Shown in pieces: positions 28,601 through 37,146 of a stretch of 64,000 nt of DNA. Position 1 is the stretch's first letter. Each line of letters starts with the position of its first letter. The position numbers and the translations under genes are program-made. The notes beneath the pieces are model-generated. The model was not told the DNA's origin. It saw nothing but the letters and a program-made list of their open reading frames with translations, and searched no databases. The stretch comes from Candidatus Latescibacterota bacterium (lineage in GTDB: Bacteria > Latescibacterota > UBA2968 > UBA8231): the NCBI GenBank assembly GCA_965204725.1, contig OZ242005.1:5024001-5088000 (forward strand). Reading direction: 5' to 3'.

Positions 28601-28892
28601 CCCGTTTACCCCCAATGGCGACGGCACCAACGATCAAACCCACATCCGCTTCGCGCTCGGCAACCTCAACGCCGAGCGCACGATATGGGTGCGCGTCTTC
28701 GACTTGGCCGGGCACCCGGTGTGGAGCGGGCGTCGGCAGGGCTTTGGGGAACAGGTCTTTACGTGGGATGGACGCGGCGACGACGGGCGACTGGTGCCGC
28801 CGGGGGCGTACCTTTGCAAGATAGACGCCGATGTAGATGCCGCTTCTGCGTCCCACACTAGCGAGACGCGCCTAATCGGGGTGGCGTACTGA
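25683..28892 (+). CDS. Large secreted protein with C-terminal FlgD Ig-like / FTPNGDG domain (paralog 3)
   Basis: Signal peptide, LDGDPTTYW, IDLG, RTRTG, WNSWS, SPSPRRFLQ, PNPFTPNGDGTND, WDGR, ends GVAY. Confidence 0.8.
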   Translation: MTSQRIPLRWSLWLLLFLFLNQAEAQEGFELTADGVTINRAAQWEHWTRPKHAIHIDRQTHTLTPRRIGQATDAIRDLDRFQTLIGNQSAYDKLVKELNRADRPIPLNIRPAEATVAGVPIVYLKANKKKNIEVGDPIIWYYYHGGIRHAGTRVETAAAILDGDPTTYWEPSTVVSRAEYDDLAPAAQGPIYFIARGDDSAERRVDEATYNAAARGDRRVEYHSHSLENWTVDIDLGRLVPVAKVVLRFLDPSAGEPFRQVRLLGTASDARGADLSLIDRTIAPVENQTSVEFDLDPDDEGVYQQLHILRIAVTDSKLDKFAVVSEAEFAALPLDEQGGIDYHIVNAAGTETKVARSIYEDVDPQRRGRLIHYRRERPRLAAIEVWTQGDNIALDVIDGGGSVELTGTFGGLPGFDGRYESNFLQFVWSPDPRFEDRGIMTLDLGARFWINYFRMVGDISGVDEMIVRISDGTRDSNGSLKWREMHRQTGGTVESEFEQLEPVRYLTSQIYTSQAGRAGGYNTGDRIREVQLFGEGYPSEVTLTSPMIELPGSVILGRIEWEADLPDSEQVDVQIRTRTGDRLVEVVEYYGNGGDRKTETDYTNLPTSFKGPVVNRLQPGGGWNSWSQRYTRSGQFVTSPSPRRFLQIQARLLSTSPDVAASLRSIAVEFLPPVAHRTVAEIWPNTVEPRARSEFALYIKPTFVEHQPGGPPSRRFDEILLDAAPIEEIAIAEVALGREDDLDRGQPRRLFSAAGAGVLIDAATGDSLQIFPAATGTALRLLLPEKVALQAAEDDTRTYYRVVTEEGEQVPVDGDGRILNELTYLGLPVEEQGDILYFARRGRGAEAVEEFAYRSLPDSLQGEIRYFRRLIGKGGEFPFDREGNALTQAAYNALPRTQQGSIAAVGELVRVRFHASVLLNGTTVDAAIRDSAFPDTYQQVDPGDATLLTPGTALSISVPLSNRVVQGVAIAPNPFTPNGDGTNDQTHIRFALGNLNAERTIWVRVFDLAGHPVWSGRRQGFGEQVFTWDGRGDDGRLVPPGAYLCKIDADVDAASASHTSETRLIGVAY

Positions 28893-28906
28893 GCTTCGCC
28901 CCCTGT

Positions 28907-30862
28907 ATGCCGCCCCCTCCCCTCCCCACTTCGCAGCGGCTCGGCCTCCGCGCCCTCCTCGTCGGCGCGGCCGGTGCTTGGGCCATTGGCGCCGGCGTCC
29001 CGTATTGCAACATGGTGCTGCACGGCTCCCGCATCGCCTCGTACTTCAACACGCCCGCTGCCATCATCCTCTTCTTCCTCCTCGTCTTTGTCGTCAACAC
29101 CCTGCTGGGCCTAACGCGCCGCACTTGGATGTTGAGCCGGGCCGAGCTGGCCCTGATTTACATCATGTGGATCGTCGCCACCGCCATCCCCGAGTGGGGG
29201 CTTACCGCCTTCCTGTTGCCCGATATTACCAGCGTCATCTACTATGCCACGCCCGAAAACAACTGGGCCGAGCTGCTCCATCCGCTCGTCCCCGACTGGC
29301 TCATCCCCCATCGCGACTTCGACCAAATCAAGAACTTCTATGAGGGCGCGCCCCGAGGCACGGGCATCCCTTGGGAATTGTGGCTGCCCCCGCTCGCCTT
29401 TTGGCTGCCCTTCGTGCTGGCCCTCTATCTGGCGATGATTTCCCTGATGGTCGTGCTGCGCAAGCAGTGGATTGAAAACGAGCGCTTGGTGTTTCCGCTG
29501 GTCCAGCTACCGATTGCCATGCTGCAAGAAGACGACGCCCGCCCGGGGGTGCTCAACGCCTTTTTTAAGAATCCGCTGCTGTGGATCGGCTTTGCCATAC
29601 CCGCCATTGTCCAGAGCGCCAACGGGCTGCATCACTACTTTCCGTACTTCCCCCGCGTCAGCCTCGATCACTCGATCCCGCTCTTCCGCGACACCATCCA
29701 CATCCCGCTCCGCCTGAGCTTTCAGATGCTCGGCTTTTCCTACTTCGTCAACCGCGACATCGCCTTTGGATTGTGCTTCTTCTACCTGCTCAACACCGTC
29801 CAACAGGGCATTTTCAACATCTTCGGGGTCCAGAAAATCGACCCCGTGCTCGGCGCGTATAGCACGTACACTGGATCCATCATCGTCCACCAAGGGTTTG
29901 GCGCGGTCATCGCCTTGGTGCTCTTCGGCCTGTGGACGGCCCGCCGCCACCTGCGCGACGTAGTACACAAGGCCATTTTTGCCGCGCCGCACATCGACGA
30001 CTCCAGAGAAATTCTCTCCTACCGCGCCGCGTTGTTGGTGCTGGCTGGCAGCCTCGCCTTTATGGGCGTCTGGTTGTGGCAGTCGGGCCTGCCGGCTTGG
30101 GTCACTCCCATCTATCTCTTTTTCGCCTTTGTGCTCTTCATCGGGATCACCCGCGTCGTTGCCGAAGGGGGGCTGGCCTTCATCTTCGCGCCCATGATCG
30201 CCTCGGACTTTGTTGCGGCCGGCCTCGGCACCCGCACCATCGGCGCGTCGGGCGTCACCGCCCTCGCCTTTACCTATATCTGGGCCAGCGACATCCTGAC
30301 CTTTGTCATGGCCTCCTGCGCCAACGGCCTCAAGCTGGCTGAGGAAACCATAAAAAAGGGGCGTCGCCTCGTGTTCTGGGCCATGCTCCTCGCCATTTTC
30401 GTCGCCCTCGGCAGCTCGATCTGGGCGATCCTCGATTTGGGCTACCGCTACGGTGGGATCAATACCGACCCGTTCTTCTTCGGCAGCGCGGCGCGCTATC
30501 CCTTTGACAATGCGGCCGCCCGCCTGCAAGCCCTCGATGGGCCGCATTGGGAAAACTGGCTCTACACCGCCCTCGGTGCCGGGGTCATGGGGCTTTTGCT
30601 CGCGGCGCGGCAACACCTGTTCTGGTGGCCCTTCCATCCGTTGGGTTTTCCTATCAGCGCGGTTTTCGGCACCATGTTTTTCAGCGTCTTTCTCGCTTGG
30701 CTCTGCAAGGGCCTCGTCCTCCGCTACGGCGGCCCGGGCCTCTACTTGAGAACTCGGCCCTTTTTCATGGGTCTAATCCTCGGCCAGTTCGTCACCGCCG
30801 GCCTCTGGTATGCCATTGACTACTGGGCTGGCGAGAGCGGCAACGCGGTGATGATCTGGTAG
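28907..30862 (+). CDS. Polytopic membrane protein, DUF6785/DUF6784-like (putative peptide transporter)
   Basis: Many TM helices, LSRAELALIY, RKQWIENERLVFPL, WWPFHPLG, LRYGG...RPFFMGLILG. Confidence 0.7.
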   Translation: MPPPPLPTSQRLGLRALLVGAAGAWAIGAGVPYCNMVLHGSRIASYFNTPAAIILFFLLVFVVNTLLGLTRRTWMLSRAELALIYIMWIVATAIPEWGLTAFLLPDITSVIYYATPENNWAELLHPLVPDWLIPHRDFDQIKNFYEGAPRGTGIPWELWLPPLAFWLPFVLALYLAMISLMVVLRKQWIENERLVFPLVQLPIAMLQEDDARPGVLNAFFKNPLLWIGFAIPAIVQSANGLHHYFPYFPRVSLDHSIPLFRDTIHIPLRLSFQMLGFSYFVNRDIAFGLCFFYLLNTVQQGIFNIFGVQKIDPVLGAYSTYTGSIIVHQGFGAVIALVLFGLWTARRHLRDVVHKAIFAAPHIDDSREILSYRAALLVLAGSLAFMGVWLWQSGLPAWVTPIYLFFAFVLFIGITRVVAEGGLAFIFAPMIASDFVAAGLGTRTIGASGVTALAFTYIWASDILTFVMASCANGLKLAEETIKKGRRLVFWAMLLAIFVALGSSIWAILDLGYRYGGINTDPFFFGSAARYPFDNAAARLQALDGPHWENWLYTALGAGVMGLLLAARQHLFWWPFHPLGFPISAVFGTMFFSVFLAWLCKGLVLRYGGPGLYLRTRPFFMGLILGQFVTAGLWYAIDYWAGESGNAVMIW

Positions 30863-30938
30863 CGGCTGCTGTTGACTTGCGTAGAGTGGTCTTGGACATT
30901 CTACCGAACCGAGACCAGCCCCAAAGAAAGGAACGAAC

Positions 30939-31451
30939 ATGGGAGCAACGCACGTCACCGTCACGATTCGCAATCCGGCCGCACCGGACCGCACTTGGGA
31001 AGGGCTTTTTCTGGTGGATACCGGCGCGACCGATTGTCTCGTCCCTCGGCCGCATCTCGAAGCCATTGGTCTCGAGCCGCAAGGCCAGCGGACGTACGAA
31101 TTGGCCGATGGCACGGAACTCAAGCTCGACATCGCGGTCGGACAAATCGAATTCATGGGAGAATTTGTCGGCGGCACGATAATCTTCGGCAACGCCGGGG
31201 CCGAGCCGCTGCTCGGCCTCACGGCCTTAGAATCGGTCGGCATTGAAGTCGATCCGAGCAACCAGCGGCTGCAAAGGCTCCCCGCTGTTCGTCTCAAACC
31301 GTTAGAAGCGGCTGAAAACTCAGGTTGTCGTCCCTTGCGTCTAAACGATACTAGGCTGGATTCCCGCTTTCGCGGGAATGACGGAGGCCGTCTCTACGGC
31401 TTGTTCAACACGCCCCCAAGTGGGTTTTCAGACCGCTTCTTGAGTCCGTAA
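30939..31451 (+). CDS. Clan AA (retropepsin-like) aspartic protease with MITE-derived C-terminal extension
   Basis: FLVDTGAT, ELADG, PLLGLTALE motifs; RBS AAGGAA. Confidence 0.85.
   Translation: MGATHVTVTIRNPAAPDRTWEGLFLVDTGATDCLVPRPHLEAIGLEPQGQRTYELADGTELKLDIAVGQIEFMGEFVGGTIIFGNAGAEPLLGLTALESVGIEVDPSNQRLQRLPAVRLKPLEAAENSGCRPLRLNDTRLDSRFRGNDGGRLYGLFNTPPSGFSDRFLSP
31304..31440. mobile_element. MITE-like element family B, copy 1
   Basis: Terminal IR AGAAGCGG(T)CTGAAAAC, internal palindrome CTGGATTCCCGCTTTCGCGGGAATGAC. Confidence 0.7.
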
Positions 31452-31456
31452 TTCCG

Positions 31457-34400
31457 ATGAACTCCGACCCACTCCGACCCCTGCTCGCCCCCCTAGCCGC
31501 CCTCCGTCGCCGCGCCCTCGCCCTCGCGCTCGGCTCCGGGATCGCCCTCGCCCTCGCCATCGGGCTGGGCCTCGGCCTGCTGTGGGTGTTGCTCGAAGCC
31601 CTGTTCTTCCTGTCGCCGCCTTGGCGCGTGGGCTTGGGTCTGTTGGCCCTGTTGAGTACCGGGGTGCTGCTGGCGGTTGACCTCAAGCGGCGCTTGCCCG
31701 TTCTCCTCTCGCTGCACCGCTTTGCCCTCTTCGTCGAAAGGCATTGCCCCCCGCTCCAGCAGCGGCTAATCAGCGCCCTAGAGCTATCCGATACCGATCC
31801 GGCCCTGCACTCCCCGGCCCTGCTTGCGGCCGCGCGGGAACGAGCCGCCGCGCTTTTGCGCGCTGCCCATTCGTCCCAAATCCTCGATTATCGACCGCTC
31901 TACCGCCACCTGCGCCTGCTCGGAGGGGTAGCTGGCGTCGTGCTCCTGTGCGGCGCGCTGTGGGGCGATGGCCTCGCGGCCGCGGCCCAGCGCTGCGCCC
32001 ATCCCCTCACCGCGTACGAGCGGCCCCCGCGCACCCTAATCACCGTTCACCCCGGCGACCTCGAAGTCGTCAAGGGCGACGACGCCACCCTACATGTGCA
32101 TTTTTCTGGCGACAAGCCGCGCCGCGCTCGCATCGTGCGCCACGCGGGCACGGCAGCACCCTACCAGAGCGAAGATCTGGTGGTCGATCGCGCCGACTCG
32201 GTCGCGTACACCTTTCCCCGAGTGCAGCGGTCCTTCCGCTACGCCATTGCAGTCGGCAGCGACCGCTCGCCCGAATACGAAGTGCGCGTCATTGACCCAC
32301 CGGCGGTCCAGCACGTGCGCTTGCACTACCAGTATCCTGCGTACAGCCGGCTGCCCGACCGCATCGAAGAGGGCGGCGGCGACATCGAGGGCCTGCTCGG
32401 CACCCGCGTCGCCGTGGAAATTGCGGCCAACAAGCCCCTGTCGAAGGCCTCCTTAGTCCGCGACGACACCCTAGCCGCCCAGCTCGACGGCGCGACTGCC
32501 CGCGTCGCCTTCCAAATTGAGCGGGCGGGTGCGTACCACATCGCCCTCACCGACCGCCAAGGGGCGACCAACCGCGACCCCATCCGCTACGCCATCCAAG
32601 TGCGCGCCGACCAAAAGCCGGAAGTCGCTCTCGTCGCGCCCGGCCGCGACAGCGACCTGCCCGAGTCGCTCAAGGTGCTGCTCGAAGCCGAGGCCAGCGA
32701 CGACTTTTCCGTCGAGCAAATCGACTTGGTCTATCGAGTCAACAACGGCCCCGAACAGTGCCAACCGCTGCCGATCAACCCCCAGCGCGAGGTGCTCGTC
32801 AGCCACGTCTGGAACCTGTCAGCCGCCAACCTCTTGCCCGAAGACCGCGTCTTTTACCACCTAGAGGCCCTCGACAACAATCGAGTATCCGGCCCGCAAA
32901 AAGGTCGCAGCCGCCAGTACGTGCTGCGCTTCCCCTCCCTGTACGAACTCTACTCAGAGGCCGACCAAGCCCAAGGCGAGCAACTATCCACCTTGGCGGA
33001 ACTGGCGGCCGATGGACAGGCGCATCAGGAGTACATCGAGCGGGTGCGCCGCGAGTTGCTCAAAAGCGAGGAGCTGAGCTGGGAACAAAAGAAGGAACTC
33101 GAAGCGACGCTGGCGGCCGAGGCCGAGCGCGCCCGCGCCGTGGAGGAGCTGGCGGCCGAATTGGAGAAAACCATCGATGCCATGCAGGCCGAGGGCACGG
33201 CCGCCGAGCAACTGCTCGACAAGCTCGACCACATCCGCGAGCTCATGGGCGCCATCGCCACCCCCGAAATGCAGCAGGCCCTCGCCGACCTGCAAAAAGC
33301 CGCGAGCAATCCAGATCCCCAAGCCCTCGCCGACGCCCTCAAGCGCTTTAGCCAAGACCAGCAAGCCTTCCAGCAACGGCTCGACCGCACCATTGCCCTG
33401 CTCGAACAGGTGCGGACCGAGCAGCAGCTACGCGCCATCGTCGAGCAAGCCGCGGAGCTCGCCCGACGCCAGCATCAGATCAACCGCGAGCTCGCGGCCG
33501 GCCAGAGCGGCCTGCGCCAGCAGCTACAGGAAGGCAGCTTGCAGCGCGACACTGAGCGGCTCGGCGAGCAGCTCGCCGAGCTAAGCGCAGCTACGGCCGA
33601 GCAAAAGCCCGCGTTTGCCGAGCAGCTCGCGCGCCGCGCCGAGCACCTAGCGCGTGCGGCCCTCGCCGAGCGAATGCGCCAGATGGTGCGCCAGATGCGC
33701 GCCCAATCCCAAGGCGCGGCCCAGCAGACCGGGCAGGCTTTGGCCGCCGACCTCGACTCGCTGGCCGAGGACTTGCAGCAGCTTCAAGACGAGTACCTCG
33801 CCGGCGAGAAGGACCAGCTCAGCCGCGCCCTGCGCCGCGCCCTGCGCGACCTCGTCCAGCTATCCCAACGCCAAGAGAGCCTGTTGGCCGAGGCCAGTGC
33901 CCAAGAGCAATTCGCGCTCCAGCAAGGCACCGGTCAGGTCGCGGAACGCGTCGCGGCTGTGGGCCGACGCACCTTGGCCCTCGCCCCTGACTTGCGCGCC
34001 ACCATGGGCTACGCCCTGCGCTATATGCACGACGCAGCCCAGCGCCTCGGCCAGCGCGATGCGCAGGGGGCGCGCAATCCCCAGCAGCAGGCCATGCGCT
34101 ATCTCAATGAGACCGTTCTACTCCTGCGCGAGAGCCTCGACAACCTCGCCAAGGCGCAGACCCCTTCGGCCTTTGCCGAGGCCATGGAGCAGTTGCTCGG
34201 CCTTTCCGAGCAGCAGAGCCAGCTCAACCAAGCATCCGAGCAGGCCATGGGCCAGCAGCTAGGCCCGGCCCGCCAGCGGCAAATCGCCCGCCTCAGTGCT
34301 CAACAGCAGGGTCTCATGCAGATGATCGGGGAGGTCGCTCGCTCGCTGCGCGGGCATCGCGGTGCCCAACAGCGGGTGCAAGCGATTGAGAAAGAGATGC

Positions 34401-34723
34401 GGGACGTACTCGCCGATTTGCAGCGGGGGCGGCTCACCGAGCGCACGCGGCAAAATCAGGAGCGCGTCTATCAGCGCATGCTCGACGCCAGCCGCTCCAT
34501 CCACAGCCGCGGCTTTGAGGAAAAGCGGCGCAGCATCGCGGCCACCGACCAGCCCTACGCCGGCCCAGCCACCCTGCCCGTCGATCGCGGGCAGACGCCC
34601 GACCTGTGGCGCGAAGCCCTGCGTCAAGCCCTCGCCGGCCCCTATCCCGAGGAGTACCGAGCCTTGCTCCGGCGCTACTACGACCAAATTTACCAAGACC
34701 TGCAACCGAGCGAAGCCCCATGA
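31457..34723 (+). CDS. DUF4175-family membrane-anchored coiled-coil protein
   Basis: N-terminal TMs, RLISALEL, Ig-like mid region (YPAYS, ASDDF, ALDNN), long Q/E-rich coiled coil, YPEEYRALLRRYY end. Confidence 0.75.
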   Translation: MNSDPLRPLLAPLAALRRRALALALGSGIALALAIGLGLGLLWVLLEALFFLSPPWRVGLGLLALLSTGVLLAVDLKRRLPVLLSLHRFALFVERHCPPLQQRLISALELSDTDPALHSPALLAAARERAAALLRAAHSSQILDYRPLYRHLRLLGGVAGVVLLCGALWGDGLAAAAQRCAHPLTAYERPPRTLITVHPGDLEVVKGDDATLHVHFSGDKPRRARIVRHAGTAAPYQSEDLVVDRADSVAYTFPRVQRSFRYAIAVGSDRSPEYEVRVIDPPAVQHVRLHYQYPAYSRLPDRIEEGGGDIEGLLGTRVAVEIAANKPLSKASLVRDDTLAAQLDGATARVAFQIERAGAYHIALTDRQGATNRDPIRYAIQVRADQKPEVALVAPGRDSDLPESLKVLLEAEASDDFSVEQIDLVYRVNNGPEQCQPLPINPQREVLVSHVWNLSAANLLPEDRVFYHLEALDNNRVSGPQKGRSRQYVLRFPSLYELYSEADQAQGEQLSTLAELAADGQAHQEYIERVRRELLKSEELSWEQKKELEATLAAEAERARAVEELAAELEKTIDAMQAEGTAAEQLLDKLDHIRELMGAIATPEMQQALADLQKAASNPDPQALADALKRFSQDQQAFQQRLDRTIALLEQVRTEQQLRAIVEQAAELARRQHQINRELAAGQSGLRQQLQEGSLQRDTERLGEQLAELSAATAEQKPAFAEQLARRAEHLARAALAERMRQMVRQMRAQSQGAAQQTGQALAADLDSLAEDLQQLQDEYLAGEKDQLSRALRRALRDLVQLSQRQESLLAEASAQEQFALQQGTGQVAERVAAVGRRTLALAPDLRATMGYALRYMHDAAQRLGQRDAQGARNPQQQAMRYLNETVLLLRESLDNLAKAQTPSAFAEAMEQLLGLSEQQSQLNQASEQAMGQQLGPARQRQIARLSAQQQGLMQMIGEVARSLRGHRGAQQRVQAIEKEMRDVLADLQRGRLTERTRQNQERVYQRMLDASRSIHSRGFEEKRRSIAATDQPYAGPATLPVDRGQTPDLWREALRQALAGPYPEEYRALLRRYYDQIYQDLQPSEAP

Positions 34724-35547
34724 AAATACCCGCCCTGATCTGCGTCCTCGCCCTGTGGAGCGCGGCCTACGCGACCGCCGACCTGCCAGCGCACGTCGAG
34801 CAAGCGCGCCTGTTGCTAGAAGGCCATGCCGACGCCCAAGGTGCTTGTAATGCCCTGCAAGCGGTGGTCGAAGTGCCGCAACGCGAGCCGTGGACCGAGC
34901 CCGCCCTCATGGTGCTCGCCGAGTGCAGCCTGCGCCTTGGCGACCTAGACCACGCCGATCTCCTTTGGGCCGACTTGGAACAGCGCGGCGGTCCGGCAGC
35001 CTACGCAGCCCGTTATCACCGCGCCGAACTGCTCTACTTCCGCGGCGATTTTGCCGCTGCGTTTGCCGCCTTGGCCGCGCTGGCCGCCGCCGATCCGGGC
35101 CATGCCTTGGCCAACGATGGCTTGGCCCTGCTGGCTGTCGGCGAGGAGTTCACAACGTCCGATGGCCTCGCCGATCTCAGCCGCGCCCAGCTTTTAGAAC
35201 GGCAGGGGCAGAGCGCGGCGGCCGACGCCCACTGGGCGGCCCTTGAAGACCGCGCCGCCCCGGGCCTTGCCGAGTGGAGCTTGCTCCTCCGCGCCGAATT
35301 GCGCGCCCAACAGGGGCGTCTCGACGAGGCCATCGCCCTGTACCAGCGGCAAATCGCCCGCTTCCCCCAAGGCGAACACGTGGTTGCCGCCCATCTCGGC
35401 CTCGCCGCGCTCTACGAGCGCCAAGGCGCGGTTGAGCAGGCCCTCAAGGCTTGTGAGACCGCGCTCCTCCAACACCCGCTCGACGCCCGCGCCCCCGAGG
35501 CGCGCCGGCACATCGAGCGGCTCCGACCCCTGCGCGAAGGAGGCTGA
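34720..35547 (+). CDS. Exported TPR protein
   Basis: Signal peptide MKIPALICVLALWS, TPR motifs, ATGA overlap. Confidence 0.75.
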   Translation: MKIPALICVLALWSAAYATADLPAHVEQARLLLEGHADAQGACNALQAVVEVPQREPWTEPALMVLAECSLRLGDLDHADLLWADLEQRGGPAAYAARYHRAELLYFRGDFAAAFAALAALAAADPGHALANDGLALLAVGEEFTTSDGLADLSRAQLLERQGQSAAADAHWAALEDRAAPGLAEWSLLLRAELRAQQGRLDEAIALYQRQIARFPQGEHVVAAHLGLAALYERQGAVEQALKACETALLQHPLDARAPEARRHIERLRPLREGG

Positions 35548-35549
35548 TC

Positions 35550-36809
35550 ATGCCCATACTCTTTGCCCTAGCCCTTTGCACCCTCGCCGTTTTTCCGGCC
35601 CGCGCCGAGCAGCTCCTCGTGCCCATGGACCCTTCCCAGCGCGACCATCTCCGGGCCTACGGGCTTGCGTTCTGGACCTTGGAACGCGGCATTCCGGTGG
35701 AGTGGCTGCTCAACTATCGAGGGGGCGCGTTCCTCGTTGAAGCGCACGACCTCATCGCCAGCGAAGCCATCCTGCGCGGCGTCAGCACCGAGCGCATCTC
35801 CGCGGCCCAAGCCGCCCAGATCTACGCGGAGATCGATGCGTCCAACATGGAAGTCGTGCGCTTGGAAAAGGTGCCGAAGATCGCCGTGTACACGCCGCCC
35901 AACAAACAGCCTTGGGACGACGCGGTAACGCTGTCGCTGGAGTACGCCCAAATCGACTACGAAAAAATCTGGGACGACGAAGTGCTCCAAGGCGCGCTCG
36001 ACGAGTACGATTGGCTGCACCTGCACCACGAGGACTTCACCGGCCAGTACGGCAAGTTCTATGGCTCCTACAGCAATCAGCCTTGGTATCGCCAACAGCA
36101 GGCCGCGTACGAGCAGATGGCGCGCCGGCTCGGCTACGCCAAGGTTTCCGAACAAAAGAAGGCCGTGGTCGTCAAGATCTACGAGTACATGGCGGCGGGC
36201 GGCTTCCTCTTCGCGATGTGCTCGGCCACCGACACCTTTGACATCGCCCTCGCCGCGCTCAACGTGGATATATGCCACGCGGTCTTCGACGGCGACGCGG
36301 CCGACCCCAATGCCCAAGCCAAGCTCGACTTCAGCCGCACCGTGGCCTTTGAAAACTTTGTCCTCGAAACCAACCCGCTCGTGTACGAATTTTCAAACAT
36401 CGACACCACGCCAGCCGACATGCGCCGGATTCGCACGGCCGAGGCCGAGTATTTCACGCTGTTTGAGTTTTCGGCCAAATACGACCCCGTGCCGACGATG
36501 CTCACCCAGTGCCACACCAACATCGTCGATGGCTTTCTCGGCCAGACCACGGCCTTCCGCCAGTCGCTGATCAAGGACTCGGTCATTCTCCTCGGCAAGG
36601 AAGACGGCACTGACAGCGTCAAGTACATCCATGGCCGCGTCGGCAAGGGCACCTTTACCTTCTATGCCGGCCACGACCCGGAAGACCACCGCCACCACGT
36701 CTATGACCCGCCGACCAACCTCACCCTGCACCCCAATTCGCCCGGCTACCGGCTGATCTTAAACAACGTGCTCTTCCCGGCAGCCAAGAAAAAGGAGCGC
36801 AAGACCTGA
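35550..36809 (+). CDS. Conserved secreted protein of the family often labelled 'asparagine synthetase B' in Bacteroidota (class I GATase-like; function unknown)
   Basis: LLNYRGG, PWDDAVT, DWLHLHHEDFTGQYGKFY, GGFLFAMCSATD, GHDPED, SPGYRLILNNVLFPAA. Confidence 0.7.
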   Translation: MPILFALALCTLAVFPARAEQLLVPMDPSQRDHLRAYGLAFWTLERGIPVEWLLNYRGGAFLVEAHDLIASEAILRGVSTERISAAQAAQIYAEIDASNMEVVRLEKVPKIAVYTPPNKQPWDDAVTLSLEYAQIDYEKIWDDEVLQGALDEYDWLHLHHEDFTGQYGKFYGSYSNQPWYRQQQAAYEQMARRLGYAKVSEQKKAVVVKIYEYMAAGGFLFAMCSATDTFDIALAALNVDICHAVFDGDAADPNAQAKLDFSRTVAFENFVLETNPLVYEFSNIDTTPADMRRIRTAEAEYFTLFEFSAKYDPVPTMLTQCHTNIVDGFLGQTTAFRQSLIKDSVILLGKEDGTDSVKYIHGRVGKGTFTFYAGHDPEDHRHHVYDPPTNLTLHPNSPGYRLILNNVLFPAAKKKERKT

Positions 36810-37031
36810 GAAGCGTTCTTAACACTCCTGTTGCTTTTGGCTCGTCTTGCCTGACGACGCGAGGGGTCATTCCCGCGCAAGAACGTCACCCCGTGCCCCG
36901 ACACGGGGCGGGAATCCAGATCAGCAAAATTTTCTCACTCGTCTCTCAGGTCCGTCATTCCCGCGCACGCGGGAATCCAGAAAAGGACCCAGCCGAATCA
37001 GAAACGGAAACCTTAATTGTAAGAACGCTTC
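36810..37031. mobile_element. MITE-like element family B, copy 2
   Basis: Perfect 12-bp TIR GAAGCGTTCTTA / TAAGAACGCTTC flanked on both sides by TGA; two internal GTCATTCCCGCG...GCGGGAATCCAG palindromes. Confidence 0.8.
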
Positions 37032-37146
37032 TGAGTCTTGACGGGAGCAGGAGACAGCGGCGAAACCAGAGTACATTTATTTGATTGGACGAAATTTCAT
37101 ATACTACTGTTGATATTTCAGGGATAATACCGCAGAGGAGGGCAGC

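Noticed and set aside
29507-30637. 376-aa minus-strand ORF
   Set aside because: Antisense shadow of the membrane protein gene
35550-36809. True asparagine synthetase (asnB)
   Set aside because: Has a signal peptide and lacks the N-terminal Cys Ntn domain and SGGLDS motif
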